Shown here: in pieces, positions 24,751 to 38,365 of the stretch | Position numbering within the stretch: position 1 is the first letter of the stretch | Layout of the letters: each line of letters begins with the position of its first letter | NCBI GenBank assembly: GCA_977017645.1 | Contig: OZ360231.1 | Coordinates: 60,574,001 to 60,638,000 of the forward strand | Reading direction: 5' to 3' | Source of the DNA: Torpedo marmorata | Lineage: Eukaryota | Length of the DNA stretch: 64,000 nt | The notes under the pieces: generated by a model | Databases searched by the model: none | What the model was told of the DNA's origin: nothing | What the model saw: the letters and a program-made list of their open reading frames with translations, nothing else | Program-made: the position numbers and the translations under genes

Positions 24751-27700
24751 CTAAATATTGTATTAATGTAAAAAAATTATAGTTTTAAATGCATATTATA
24801 TTTTATGATATTAAAACTACTGGTACATTATATTACATTGCTTGCAGTATATTTACCATTAATTTACTGTTGACCTTTCCTCCTTCCTGTGAGCTCACAA
24901 CACTTGACTTATGCAATCAGGTTTAGCACTTTTATTTTGCACAGGCAGTTGTTTGGCCAGAATGGAGCTGGTTGCTAGGGCATAATGTCAGGGTCTGAAG
25001 ACAATCACTTCCTTCTCCCCAAGAATTAGTTGGAAAAGATTCCTGCTCATCCTGGGCGTTGAGCAGTCTGACAATATAAAAACATTTGAGGTGTCAAGGG
25101 AGGAGGTGGTGAAGGAGAGCTGAGTATTGCCATGTACATATGGAGACTGACACTGAGTTCATGGGCATGTTAATAAGGGGCAGGGGGGGGGGGTGGATGA
25201 GGAGAGCTTTACCTATAGGCTATTTAACAACCATTTAATGGTTGCATTGTATTCCCAGACTAAATATATAAAGTATCAAACATCTGGCACACTGGAATGT
25301 AGTAAATGAGTTGTAAAATCCTATTGAGATTTATATAGTGCCTGAGGCTCTTTCATTGCTTATGACATTTTCAGAGATATTCAATTGAATTACAATCCTG
25401 CAGCTCACTGACATGTATGTATTGCTCTTCACCCATAATATCCCTCTACTTAAGTTATTAATACATCTAACAAACCACTTCAAACCTACAAATCTCAAAA
25501 GATATTGGCCTCAATTTTGTGTTCATTTTCAAAATCATAGCGAATCACTGAAAAATTCTGACAAACCAGTAAGAATAGAAAGTCCAATCAGCTGACTTCA
25601 AAAAATTTACAGAGAATAAAATAGGAATTGGAACAAGGTACCAGATTAGGCAGAATCAGTGTTTGCTAAGCAGTTGGTATGGCTTAGTGCCTCTCAATGT
25701 AAGGAAGTGTAACATTTTCAGGATACTTTAGAACAGAAAGTTTTAGAAATATTTCTGCCACTTCGCAGGGTTCCCTTGATTATGCAGAAGAAAGTTACAG
25801 AAGCGCAGAGGAACACTGAAGTCATTAACAGATACTTCCAGATTTCTACATTAAACCACACATGCACAGAAATCTCAAAGCTGTTGTCAGTTTCCCAGTG
25901 TAGTGAGGGCAACTGTATTTAGTTTCTTTGTCATTACAACTATAAAAACCTGGCCACTACTCCACTTGTGTTTAAATATCCAGTGGCATGAGAAACGTTT
26001 TTTAAGACGTTACAGAATAGATGTTTTTTTATTAATTCCAAAGATTTCAATCAACATGGAATGGAAATGTTTATCACTCTGCAAGCTACAGAGAAAGAGG
26101 CTGTATTTTCCCCAGATGGAAGAGGCAGGAAATATTAAGCTGGAAGACATTTCCACGTTTGACACTCTCCTGTGCCTCCAGGCTTATTGCAGCATTGGTG
26201 GAAACTCGCATCCTTGGTTGTGAATTTCTCATATGGTAGGAATGTTCAAATGAGTAAAGGGGAAAAAAAAATCAAAGAAAGTTACTCCCAACAAAAAAGA
26301 AATTGGATCCAAGTTACCATCATCAACATTTACGTTCTCACTTTTGTCAGTGATTCCCCTGGATGTTAGGTGATGGAATAAAATATTACAAATTAAAATG
26401 TCAGAAACTGCATGAAACCACCAGGCAGCACCTCATTTCTTAAACTCCGTCATAATTTATGTTAGCTTAAGAAGTACGTATGTAGTGTTGAATGGAGCAA
26501 CTGGTTTGAGTCACAGATTCGTACAACATATGGCTTCCCTGCCCAAACGTCTCTGACACTGAAAAATCCTTTCAAAATTTCATCAGTTTTCATTCCAGCT
26601 GCCAGGTGGGATTCAGCCTGAAGGCCAGAAACAAAGCTGCTGGAAGTCCTGTTCACATTACATTTATTTAAAAATCATCTTTGGGTTGAACAACAATGTG
26701 ACCTCAGGATGTCATGGAAGCAATTTCCAATGTGAACAATACTCTGCCTTAGGACATGGAGCAAAAGTTGACTAAATTAACCAAGATCCAGTAAGTTCGC
26801 TGCTCTGCTTTGTATTTGTGTTACCTATATTCTCTCTTGGAATCCAAAGGCATCTACTAATCCATAGTGTACTGCACAAAAGGGAACTAAGAGATTCAAA
26901 CTAAATAGTACTGAATTGTATTTATTATAATTTATTTGAGCAGAAAACAGTTGAAGACAACTATGTATTTCCATCATGGGTTTATCCCTCAACTGTTTTA
27001 TCATTTCCTTCCATTCTTCTCAAATATAATATTGATTTAGGAGTATTTCCACTGTTCATATGTACTGTGGATATTTTAACAAGTGAGCCTAGTAAGTGAA
27101 TTAATAAATGTCATCAGGGTATATAATCAGAGGGAGCTTTGCATTTAAGCTCTTATTTTTGACATGAATGTGGACATTACTGGTTAATGAATAGCAGCAG
27201 AAAGCATAACTAACTTTCCTCTTGCCCGCTCAGAAACTACGTTAGATGTCAATTCCTAAGTTATTTGTTCCTCTGAATATAAACATTCTAGTTTCAATTT
27301 TTTTACATGTGCAGCATACAGTTAATTGTACAGAAGGAACAGTGTATACACATTTATGAAATAATTATTTAATCATTTATTTTATTAAATAAATTGATAA
27401 GCTTCTGAAAATCAGGTAAGTTATAAAGCTGGGAGAAAAGAAATATGTAGTTTTTATTTTACTTAAATGCAGTTAAATATTAATAATACTGCTCTCATTT
27501 TAAAGCTTGTATGTTAATCAAAACCAATGTAAACCTTCATTCAGCCTTTTATTTAGTGATTTTGTTATCCGCAGAACAATGATGTCATTTTCAGATGTTA
27601 AATGCCTGCTATTTGTAAAGAGAATTTAGATTAAAAAAATACATTCTGACGATGCAGCATTGTTAAGATTGATATTAATTACTGACAACTAATCACCTCG

Positions 27701-27829
27701 ATAAAATCATGGTGGGACAGCTTCTTAACCACTTATTGTGGTTTGACACAACTAAATTCATTGCTTAGCCATTTCAGAGCACAGATACAAGCAAAACACA
27801 TCAGGTAGAATTCAAGTAAAGAAAGAATT

Positions 27830-28220
27830 ACCGAGAGGTTTTCAAAGCCCAAATTGCTTTACACCCAGAGAAATACTTCTGAAATAAATTCATTGATGCA
27901 ATGGAGAAAACATAGCAACCAACAATGTGACAGTGACCAAATAATCTATTTTTTTCCTGCTGGATGATGTATAAATATTGACCAGGACAGCAAGGAAACT
28001 TACTTGCTGTTTTTTGAAATAGTGCCATGGAATCATTTATCTGACGGAGCAGACCTTGCTTTAGTTCAATATCTCACCTGCAACTCAGCACCTCTGACAG
28101 TGGTGACTATCTCAACACTGCAGTATAAGGCTAGGTTTTTGGACTCAGGTCTCTGGAGTGGGTTCAGCTTAGACCTTCTGAATCAGAGGCAAAGGTGTTA
28201 CCAAATGAGCACAGTTGACA
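27830..28220 (-). mobile_element. Ancient Deu-domain SINE (SacSINE1/AmnSINE1-like), decayed
   Basis: Recognised segments ATAAATATTGACCAGGACA, GAAATAGTGCCATGGAATC, CTCTGGAGTGGG...ACCTTCTGAATCAGAGGC. Confidence 0.55.
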
Positions 28221-31200
28221 GGACACACACAACAAGATCATCTGAGTCAGCAGGATAAGAACAGCAGCTTTCATGAGTAATCTTTTAAATAACAATTGAA
28301 CTCTTATTTATTAATTTGATTTCAAATTAGTTATCTCTGTCAGTAAGACTAACATCCTTGTGCTTCAAATTAATAGTCCATGCCTGTGGATTAACATTCC
28401 TGTAACACAAGCAGAATGCTATCATACCCGAATAGCTGTATGTCCACTGAATAAAAATCACTGAAAGCACAATCTTTACTTTTAGCATCACGAAAATAAT
28501 GGATGCATTGGCTATACAAGATTTAAGGAAACAAAATCACGTCAAATTTAAGAAAAAGCTTCTCCATGTTTAGAGTCATGGAACGGGCTGAGACCCAGGC
28601 TAAAGGTACGGTTGGTGTGAAATGGGAGGGGCACTCCTGCTCCCCATGAGCTAGGTCCACCTGTACTCCATGAAGCTGTCATGGTGTTGTAATACAAGAG
28701 CAGTGCATTTTCAGACTTAACACGTGAAGCATTGAGAGTTTGCTGGCTGAGAAGATGGTTTAATGGGCAGTACCAACTCTTAAAAGGAAACTGTATAAAA
28801 ATGAAAAAAAAATAGAGAGGGATCAATGCCATTTCAATCAATACAGTGTGGGGTTCCTGAAAGCACAACCCTGTAACTGCACAAAATGAGACTTTAAGCA
28901 ACTTCTACACACGTGGATTCCTCAACATATTGATCCAGGAAACCATCTTGTGTGCATATCATAAATTAATTATTCACCTTATTACCATGAATTTGACTTG
29001 TTCAGTCTAAATGCAGCTGCCCTGATAAACACTAAAACAGCATTCATTGTGCAAATATCATTTTCTTAACCAGGTCACTGAACTGCTGGTGAGCATTCTC
29101 TGAGCTATTCCACCATCTTGTTGGCCAACATTTTCCCTTTAATTTAAATGTCCTCCAACCTTTGAATCCTCCATACCATTCTATTTTAATTTCATATCCT
29201 TTTATGAAAAACTTTTGACAGCATCAAATCTAATTCTAAATTTGTTATCCAGAATTAACAGACTGGAAATCATACTTTGTATCAGATGTGAACAAATAAG
29301 GTGAACATTTTTTCAAACGGAATCTAATTATTTTCTGTTGCTTTTTTCGGTGATGGAGGTTGTGAACAAGGAGCTTGAGCCAAGCAGCTGCTATTTTCCA
29401 AAAACTCCCAAGAACAACAATAATTAGCCTCAAATTGACCTAAGGGACCATTTAGACCACTTCCCCAGAGGAAGTACTTGACACAAGGACTTGTAGGGGC
29501 AGACTGGACTAGCTTCTAAATGCTGTGGGCTCCATTATACCAATAGGAATTCAGCTAAACCAATGGAGATTTGTCATAAATGACCACTCATCTACACAAT
29601 GCTGAATATAATCTCAGACACCTTTAACAACAGAAGGAATTCTTCGCAATCCAGCAAGGATATTAAAATCTGTGCCATAGAGGTTTTTATACCCATGTAC
29701 TATAATAAATTCAGGGCAGTGGAGAATGAATTAAAATCGGAACTTTTCTAGCATTTGGCCAACAGTTAAAAGATAACTGTGAAATTTGATTGACATTATT
29801 ATTCATACAATAATATGCAATGCAGGTTATGTTCTCAAAATTCATTGCCAGAAAAAAACATTTGGTTGAACCACAACACTTTACAGCTCCACCAAATGCA
29901 GCAGCACCCTATGGCAGTCCTGTTCCACTCTTGTTACATCACAGCAATGATCTCAGATTGATAGAGTCCGTTTACACATCACAACTCTCTTGTTTATGTC
30001 TTCTGACTGCAAGTTCAAATCTGCCAGCCTGGCTAGTTTTGAGCTATCCAGTTTGGTGTTCTGCATGTTTGTGCATACAGATGCACATGGTGCTCTTCTC
30101 ACTAGAATGTAGGAACAGCATTAAGAATATAGGAGAGAGTGTTCTCAAATTCAAGTCCTTGAGATTGGTTCTGCTTTGATTTTTAATTGATATGTATTGG
30201 AATGGACTAATACCCAGAGCTTGCAAGTTCATTTATGGCTATGAAGGATTGTCATAAAAAATTAACAGATTTATTGATATCCTTTGGGAAATGAAATTTT
30301 GCCTTCTAAATTGGTCCGGTCTGCATGGTAGTCCAACAATAAACACAAAAGTCCAAATGTCACTAACAAAGCAGGTATGACTAATAAATTCTGCTGATTG
30401 ATATCACCATTATTCAAAGAACAATGACTGGTGCTCAGGTGTCCAATGAAATACTGAGTGTATTTTCAACCTGGCACAACAGGTAAATAGATTAGTGTAG
30501 ATGGGTAAAAAGATTGACATGGACTTGGTGGGTCAAAGGGCCCATTTCTGTGCGGTACAATTCTATGGCCATATTTGTCTTTGGTCTGGAGTTTAAGCAA
30601 AGTGAAGTGGTCCCCTTCAGGGTATCTCAAACTGCTATGGACCTTGGTATTACTTTAACACGAATAAGAGCACCAGAAGCAGGAACAAGAGTAGGCCTGT
30701 CAGCCCCTCGAATCTGTTCCATCATTCATTATGATCGCGGCTAATCCAATTTTGGACTCATCAACACTTCCCCACTCTCTGTCAACATTCATATACTCCA
30801 CACCCGATGGCAGGTGTCTCAATATTTGCAATTAAAGCCATGATTCTACACTTAAATGAGTAGAAGCCAACATTTCATTCCTTGCTGACCATGCATGCTA
30901 TTTTCTTTTGTTTTCATGTAACTTTATAATACAAAATGTTGTAGTCTCACTCCACTTTAATAATTTATTTCTTCATTCTTCTTTCCAAACAGCATAGCAT
31001 GACATTTTCCTACATTAAACTCCATCCACCAAATTTTTGTTCTCCTAGTTGACACTTTGTATCCCCCTCACAACATGATAACCCACTTACCTCTGTATTA
31101 TTGAGTTTGTCTACAATACAACAAGTTCCTGCATCAAGTCATTAATAGAGATTGTAAATACTTGAAGACCCAGCACTGATCCTTTGGCACTCCACAAGTT

Positions 31201-31446
31201 ACTAATTGTCAATCCAAAAATTATATATTTATCGCATCCCACTGTATTTGTTAGTCACTGCCCTCTCCATGTTAACAGAATCCTGAATTCCATTAATTTC
31301 CCAATGACACAAGAAAGGGACTTTTAGTGGATATGGTTTCATGGTGAACCAAGGCAGCAATATACTCAAGGATCTTTTGTCATTTTGTCACTGCAAGGCA
31401 GATTATTTTATAATAATTGTAAAGAGAGAAACAGATATTCAGATAC

Positions 31447-31710
31447 GCGGCATAGTTAGTGTAGTGGTTAGCGTAACACTATTACAGCACCAGAGACTCG
31501 GGTTCAAATCTGGTGCTATCTATAAGGAGTTTGTACGTTCTCCCCATGATTGCATGGATTTTCTCCAGGTGCTCCGGTTTCCTCCCATGTTCCAAAGACG
31601 TATGGGCTTAGAAGGTTAATTCGGTCACATGGGTGTATTTGGATGGCACAGGCTCGTGGGCGGGAGGGCCTGTTAACTGTGCTGTATCTCTAAATTAAAT
31701 TGAATTAAAT
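31447..31710 (+). mobile_element. tRNA-derived SINE (V-SINE/HE1-like)
   Basis: Same head, core and tail. Confidence 0.85.
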
Positions 31711-32716
31711 AATAATTTAAAATATGCACTCTATATATTGAAACGTCTACCTATCTGTTTAAAACACTCAGCTACTTTTTTATCTTAGTCGTCTCTTTGC
31801 ACATCCTTCCATCTTTAGATTCCTTGATATTAAATCCAGGAATGTGCATCTCTGCCAACTACATGTCTTACAGTGGAAGGAGGTTCTTATTGCAATAAGA
31901 GATTACTTAAGAGACCACTTCTCCTTGACAGGACTCTTTAATGGGTCTTTCATTTTTAAATGAAAGGGACTATGAGAAAAGTCTGGAGAATATGTTGCTT
32001 ATATTCAGTCACTTTAACGATTGAGCTTTTATTATCTCAATTTTCTCAATATTCTAAAATTAATTGGTATTACCTCAATGGTTTTAAAAGTAAGGATTAA
32101 AAAGCATTTAATGTCATTCAAAAACTAAAACCAAAGAACTGCCTGTACATTTCATATATAAGTATCACCGATTTACTGCATCATAATAATGCTTTAGGAC
32201 AGGAAAATGGTTCAATCATGATCTCCCCTCAAAATGTAGGACTAAAATATACATATAAATTTAGGTCTTATTTTCCTTATTTCTTTCAAAGAATACACTC
32301 AACAGAATAAATCTTGACAATAAACTATGGAGTAAGGCTCTGATAAAAACAAATGTCATGATATTTAATCAGGAAACTTTCTTCCACAGTTCATATATCT
32401 ATTCTTAAAAAATCAGATTGAGTTCAAACTTATCCATGCTCAGGCAGTTAAAATTATTCATGTAGCTCTATAACACTAATCAGTTTTGATTAAAGGTCTG
32501 AGGAGATTTGGTATGCCACCAAAGACTCTGGCAAATTTCTACAGGTGTACCATGGAGAGCATTCTGACTGGTGGCATCACGAGTCGGGGGTAGTCTCGGA
32601 GACCGGCCGATTTAACGTGCCAGCCGTCCTCTGGCGGTCTGAAAAGGCAAATGGCTCACCCAGTAATGTTACTGACATCAGCGCGAGCGTGCGTGCGTCA
32701 GTCTGGCAGATTGAAA

Positions 32717-33078
32717 ACCCCCCGCTCCGCTGCCTGAGCCCCGCTGCCTGAGCCCCGCTGCCTGAGCCCCCCTGCCTGACAGCCCCTGCCCCGCTGCCTG
32801 AGCCCCCCTGCCTGAGCCCCCTTACCTGACAGCCCCCCGCCCTGCTGCCTGAGCCCCGCTGCCTGACAGCCCCCCGCCCCACTCCGCTGCCTGAACCCCG
32901 CTGCCTGACAGCCCCCCGCCCCGCTCCGCTGCCTGAACCCCGCTGCCTGACAGCCCCCGCCCCGCTCCGATGCCTGAACCCCACTGCCTGACAGCCCCCC
33001 GCCCTGCTCCGCTGCCTGAACTCCGCTGCCTGACAGCCCCCCGCTCCGCTGCCTGAGCCCCGCTGCCTGAACCCCGCC
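32717..33078. repeat. C-rich tandem array (CCCCGCTGCCTGA variants)
   Basis: Directly visible. Confidence 0.9.
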
Positions 33079-33210
33079 ACACTTCCTCCTCCATTCCTCC
33101 TCCATTCCCCTCCCTCTCTCTTCCATTCCCCCTTCCTCTTGCCCCATCTCCCCCCTATCAGCCCCACACCAATCCCACTGCCCCGCTCCATCCCGACAGC
33201 CCCGTCACCC

Positions 33211-33678
33211 CGGCGTGAGGGAGCAGGGCGAGGGAGCGGGCGGCGTGAGGGAGCAGGGCGGGGGAGCGGGCGGCACGAGGGAGCGGGTGGCGTGAGGGTG
33301 CAGGGCGGGGGAGCGGGCGGCATGAGGGTGCAGGGCGAGGGAGCGGGCGGCGTGAGGGAGCGGGCGACGTGAGGGAGCGGGCGGCGTGAGGGTGCAGGGG
33401 GGGAGCGGGCGGCATGAGGGAGCAGGCGATGTGAGGGAGCAGGCGGCGTGAGGGAGCGGGTGGCGTGAGGGAGCGGGCGGCGTGAGGGTGCAGGGTGGGG
33501 GAGCGGGCGGCATGAGGGAGCGGGCAGCGTGAGAGAGCGGGCGGCGTGAGGGAGCGGGCCACGTGAGGGAGTGGGTGACGTGAGGGAGTGGGCGGCGTGA
33601 GGGTGCAGGGCGGAGGAGCGGGTGGCATGAGGGAGCGGGCGGTGTGAGGGAGCAGGCGACGTAAGGGAGCGTGAGGGA
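33211..33678. repeat. G-rich tandem array (GGCGGCGTGAGGGAGCG variants)
   Basis: Directly visible. Confidence 0.9.
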
Positions 33679-35904
33679 ACTGATCTGACACGATGCACTT
33701 TCAAAAATTGTGTAAAACTTAGGGTCCATTAATGTGAAATGATGGAATAATTTTAATTGCAAAACACCTATGTTTAATAAAAAGTTGTCAGGCATCTCGA
33801 TTTAAAAAGCACTCCGAGTTAAACATTGTAATATAATATTCCAAAATCTCTATGTCTTATGTGTAGCGATTCAAATCGCTGTTCCATGAATCAGTCAGCG
33901 GGGCTGTCAGAGCGCTGTACGTAATACGTCACTCGTGACGTCACCGCTGGAGGCGGGACCCCCTTAAAATCCCGAGTTGGTGAATTACCTGCAAATAATG
34001 GTGCAGTGTGAAAAGCTCCCGAGTCCAGCATTCCCTGTAAGTTTTCCCGCTTCCTAGGTGGGTTGGCGGTGTGAAAAGGCCTACTGTCTGGTACGGAGAT
34101 GCCAATGCACAGGACAGGAAAAAACTGCAGAGAGTTGTGAACTCGGCCAGCGCCATCATGGGCAACAGTCTTCACCCCATCGAGGACATCGACAAGAGGC
34201 AGTGTCTTAAGAACACAGCCTCTATCCTCAAGGACCCTCACCACCCAGGCCATGCCCTCTTCAAACTGCTACCATCAGGGAGGAGGTACAGGAGCCTCAA
34301 GATGAACATCCAAGAGTACAAAAACTGCATCTTCCCCTCTGCCATCAGATTTGTGAATGGACAATCAACCACAGACACTACCTCACTTTCTCTTCTTTAT
34401 GCACTGATTTATTTATTTTGTTAAAATGTAATTTATAGCAATATTGGCCATTGTAATACTGCCACAAAACAACGAATTTCATGACATGTTCATGACAATA
34501 AATTCTGATTTTGAAGCTTGAACTGTGTTCCTCTCTCCACAGGTGTTGCCCGGCCGACTCAGCCTTCCCGGGGTTTTCTGTTTATATTTGTCGCATTTTG
34601 TTTTTCCAAGGCTTGGAATTATGGATGAAGCCAAGGCTCATTTCCAGTGGACCAATGCCTAAAGCAAGTCAAACCGCATCATTGATTATCACTTAGAATA
34701 TCGTAGCAACTCCGTTAAGATCACATTTTTGTACACTCCGAAAATTAGAGATACATTTTTTTTACAATGTGCGGTAGAAGCTTTGTGTTGCATCCAGAGC
34801 ATTCCGCGGGTCTGGACTAGTCTAAGACTAATATTTGCAGCGACTGGATGGTAACAATTCCGACAGTTAAGGGAGTGCTTCGGACTTTTGCACTTACACG
34901 AAGCTCTTTTCCTTTCTAACGGGTCCAAGAAGCTCGTACACGTGACTTAACGAAACGATTAAGTAATACTCCAAATTTAAGTCAAGCGAGACATCGTGGG
35001 GGAAGGGTGAGCCAGACAGATCAGGATTTCCGGAGCATCCGAATGATGAAGGGTTAGAAAGAAGTTGGGGCGGAGAAGTAACACCTAAGAGGTGGTGGGA
35101 GTCTGGGACTCGCTTCCTGAGTGGGCGGTGAACTTCAAAAGCCTCAACACATTGAAGCAAAACGACCTGCATGATCTCTTGCGCTTCGTGACTACAACTC
35201 GTGATAAAGAGTGAGAGAGTGGGATTCTCTCCAGAAACTCCAGTTTGGCCGCAGCGATACAGGATTCGATGGGTCAGAATATAATGACGTTGGAAAACTA
35301 GGATATTTTGTCATTGGAATATTTCATCCGCCTTTCATATCCCTCTTAGCCCTGAATATCAATCATGATACAGCCATATATTAGGCAATTATGAATATCC
35401 ACGCCAATATAATATTAAATGAAATCATTCGACTGCGTTTAATCTAGAATCCCATCGCTCACTGTGGTCTAGCATTGACGCGGACGTTATTTGCGCACAA
35501 GTAGAGACACTCGTTTTTAATACAGCGGGAACATATGAAAGGCTCGCGAACAGTCTTAAATCTTCGTCCTGGTAATATTATAATCTACTGTGTTTTCGCT
35601 TTAAAAAAAAAACGTTGTAGGAATTCCGCCTTTTGCTTTATGACCTGTTACTGAACAGTACCGAAATGGTGTAGGACGGGCGAAGGCTTCAGATAGTCCC
35701 TAAAATAGCTTTCGATACTCTTGCATCGGATCCGCTCCATATTAGTTTATTTGTTTTCAAAATTAATATAAATGTGCATTTATTATCTGATCCAGTTGTT
35801 TTCCATTTCAGGCTGTTTATTGTGGTTACCAACCGTAATTGCAGGAGTTAAACGTTGTTAGGAATCCCAACACGGTTTTCATTTATCCCGTTTTGCGATG
35901 CTTT

Positions 35905-36260
35905 AGAGGCATAGAACATTGCCGAACCATTTTTTTGCCTCGTCCCACTGACCTGCACCCAGTCCATGGCCCTCCATACCTCTCCCATCCATGTACCTGT
36001 CCAAATTCTTTTTAAATGTTAAAATTGAGCCTGCATTCACCACTTCAGCTGGCAGCTCGTTCCACACCCCCTCCACTCTGTGTGTGAAGAGGTTCCCCCT
36101 AATCGTTTCCCCTTTCACACCTACCCTCAGTGGAAAAAGCCTATCTACATTTACTCTGTCTATCCCCCTCATAATTTTAAATACCTCTATCAAATCTCCC
36201 CTCATTCTTCTATGCTCCAGGGAATAAAGTCCTAACCTGTTTAACCTTTCCCTGTAACTT
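35905..36260 (-). mobile_element. CR1 LINE 3' fragment
   Basis: SYRERLNRLGLYSLEHRRMRGDLIEVFKIMRG...WNELP. Confidence 0.88.
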
Positions 36261-36463
36261 TGTTTTATGAATTCGTCTGTGAAATTTACATATGGTAAAG
36301 TGACCCAGGGCCTTCGAGGGATGTTTATCCCACTACTATAGTTCACATCTATAGGAGGCAATGCTGCTGTATTTTGTTTTGAGAATCTGGGCTAAAATGA
36401 AATACTCGATTTAATCGATGCACTGGATAGTCCGCTTAGCTCCTACGTTACTATCCTGTAAAG

Positions 36464-36834
36464 CAGTGGTTTTCAAACTGCCCCCCTAAACTCACATTCC
36501 ACCTTAAGCAATCCCTATGCCATAAGTGCTCTGTGATTAGTAAGGGATTGCTTAAGGTGGTATGTGAGTGGAAAGAAAAAGGTTTGAAAACCACTGTTTT
36601 AATCGTACCTAATTGACTTGTTATGTGCACGGTTTCATAACTCCAAAGGAAATGGGCCAATGACAATTTTTCTCAAGCAAAATATTTCAGTAACAATTGG
36701 GTCTAGAGCAATGGTTCTCAACCTTCCCTCTCACATACCACCTTAAGTAATCCCTTACTAATCACAGAAGCACTTATGACATAGGGATTGGTTAAGGTGG
36801 AATGTGAGTTTAGGGGGCAGTTTGAAAACCACTG
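36464..36834. mobile_element. hAT-type composite MITE, copy 2 (opposite orientation)
   Basis: Same TIRs; 8-bp TSD CTGTAAAG/CTGTAAAA. Confidence 0.9.
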
Positions 36835-37566
36835 CTGTAAAACAAAAAAAACACCCCTTCCTTTGCATCGTGGAGCCGATTGCGGGTGTCGCAATATTTT
36901 TTTCGTAAATATTTAACTATAGCTTGAGACCGAGAATCTCTCCTATTTAATTCATCAACTTCCTGACATAAGTAACCGCTTTTACAAGCGAAATGACAAG
37001 AAACAGCAGGCTTGGTTTTCGATAAGACCCAGCCACGCCCTACACATTATCCGTCCCGTTTTATTTTCCACCCTTTCAATAAAACATACATCTCGTGCCC
37101 AATACGAGGTTTACATATTCTGATAGCATCTGCACAATTCTGTGAAAACATACTTTCGTATTTAATTGAATTAATTTCGGAGATTCCCGGACTCTTGTGC
37201 CCTCCAGAGTTTACCGAACAATGTCCGATCCGACAATCAAAATCAACCATCAAAAACAACCGGCCCGCTTTCACTAATTTCACCCCTTTTTTTTTTAGGC
37301 GGCTCCACAATGTGTTTGTCTTCCCGGAATCTAACGGTATCCAACAGTTCCCGAGCAGGTTTATATTGCAGTCGTTTCGTTTGTCCTTACAGGATTTCAT
37401 TCGGTCTGGAATGCCAAAGATGTCTAGTTCAGCCTCAGTGAGAGGAAGAGACGGTGTCATCATTAGTTAATAGAGTTTGTGACAATGACAATACACTTTC
37501 ATTGAACCAGAAGAGATTTCTGATTATACAGTGATAGATGTTCAACAAGCTGTGAGACAAATCAGC

Positions 37567-38365
37567 GGTGGTAGTGGGGGGTGGCGAGGTGGTGTGGGGG
37601 GGTGGATGGGTGGGGGGGGTGGGGGGTGGCGAGGTGGGGGGGCATGGCGAGGTGGGGGGGGATGGCGAGGTGGGGGGATGGCGAGGTGGGGGGGTGACGA
37701 GGTGGGGGGATGGCGAGGTGGGGGGGGTGGCGAGGTGGGGGGGGTGGCGAGTTGGGGGGTGTGGCGAGGTGGGGGGGATGGCGAGGTGGGGGGGATGGCG
37801 TGGTGGGGGGATGGCGTGGTGGGGGGATGGCGAGGTGGGGGGATGGCGAGGTGGGGGGATGGTGGGGGGGATGGCGAGGTGGGGGGGTGGCGTAGTGGGG
37901 GGATGGCGAGGTGGGGGGGATGGCGTGGTGGGGGGATGGCGAGGTGGGGGGATGGCGAGGTGGGGGGAATGGCGTGGTGGGGGGATGGCGTGGTGGGGGG
38001 ATGGCGTGGTGGGGGATGGCGAGGTGGGGGGGGTGGCGAGGTGGGGGGTGTGGCGAGGTGGGGGGGATGGCGAGGTGGGGGGGATGGCGTGGTGGGGGGA
38101 TGGCGTGGTGGGGGGATGGCGAGGTGGGGGGATGGCGAGGTGGGGGGATGGTGGGGGGGATGGCGAGGTGGGGGGGTGGCGTAGTGGGGGGATGGCGAGG
38201 TGGGGGGGATGGCGTGGTGGGGGGATGGCGAGGTGGGGGGATGGCGAGGTGGGGGGAATGGCGTGGTGGGGGGATGGCGTGGTGGGGGGATGGCGAGGTG
38301 GGGGATGGCGAGGTGGGGGGGGTGGCGAGGTGGGGGGTGGCAAGGTGGGGGGGTGGTGGGGGGCA
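37567..38365. repeat. G-rich ~16-bp minisatellite GGCG(A/T)GGTGGGGGGAT
   Basis: Directly visible, variable G-run lengths. Confidence 0.95.

Larger units (their letters stand above)
32581..34083. mobile_element. PIF/Harbinger-like non-autonomous element, left end missing, inserted in a LINE
   Basis: Right terminus GTGTGAAAAGGCCTA with internal TGAAAAG repeats; splits LINE sequence ...GGCATCAC|(C)TGTCTGGTACGG; contains two GC-rich arrays. Confidence 0.6.
32490..34512 (+). mobile_element. Rex1/Babar-like LINE fragment split by the 32581-34083 insertion (parts ~32490-32580 and 34084-34512)
   Basis: Left part matches LINE copies (GAGATTTGGTATG...GCAAATTTCTACAGGTG); right part continues VWYGDANAQDRKKLQRVV...LLPSGRRYRS. 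Confidence 0.8.
34670..37460. promoter_or_regulatory. Intronic CpG-retaining island (candidate regulatory region)
   Basis: AT-rich unique sequence with abundant CpG, unlike neighbouring intron; interrupted by a CR1 fragment and a MITE. Confidence 0.55.

Noticed and set aside
32577-33795. Long Pro/Gly/Arg-rich ORFs (up to 375 aa)
   Set aside because: Stop-free translation of GC-rich tandem repeats, open in several frames.
37012-37470. Antiparallel ORFs of 152 and 138 aa in the intronic island
   Set aside because: No recognisable domain or splice context.
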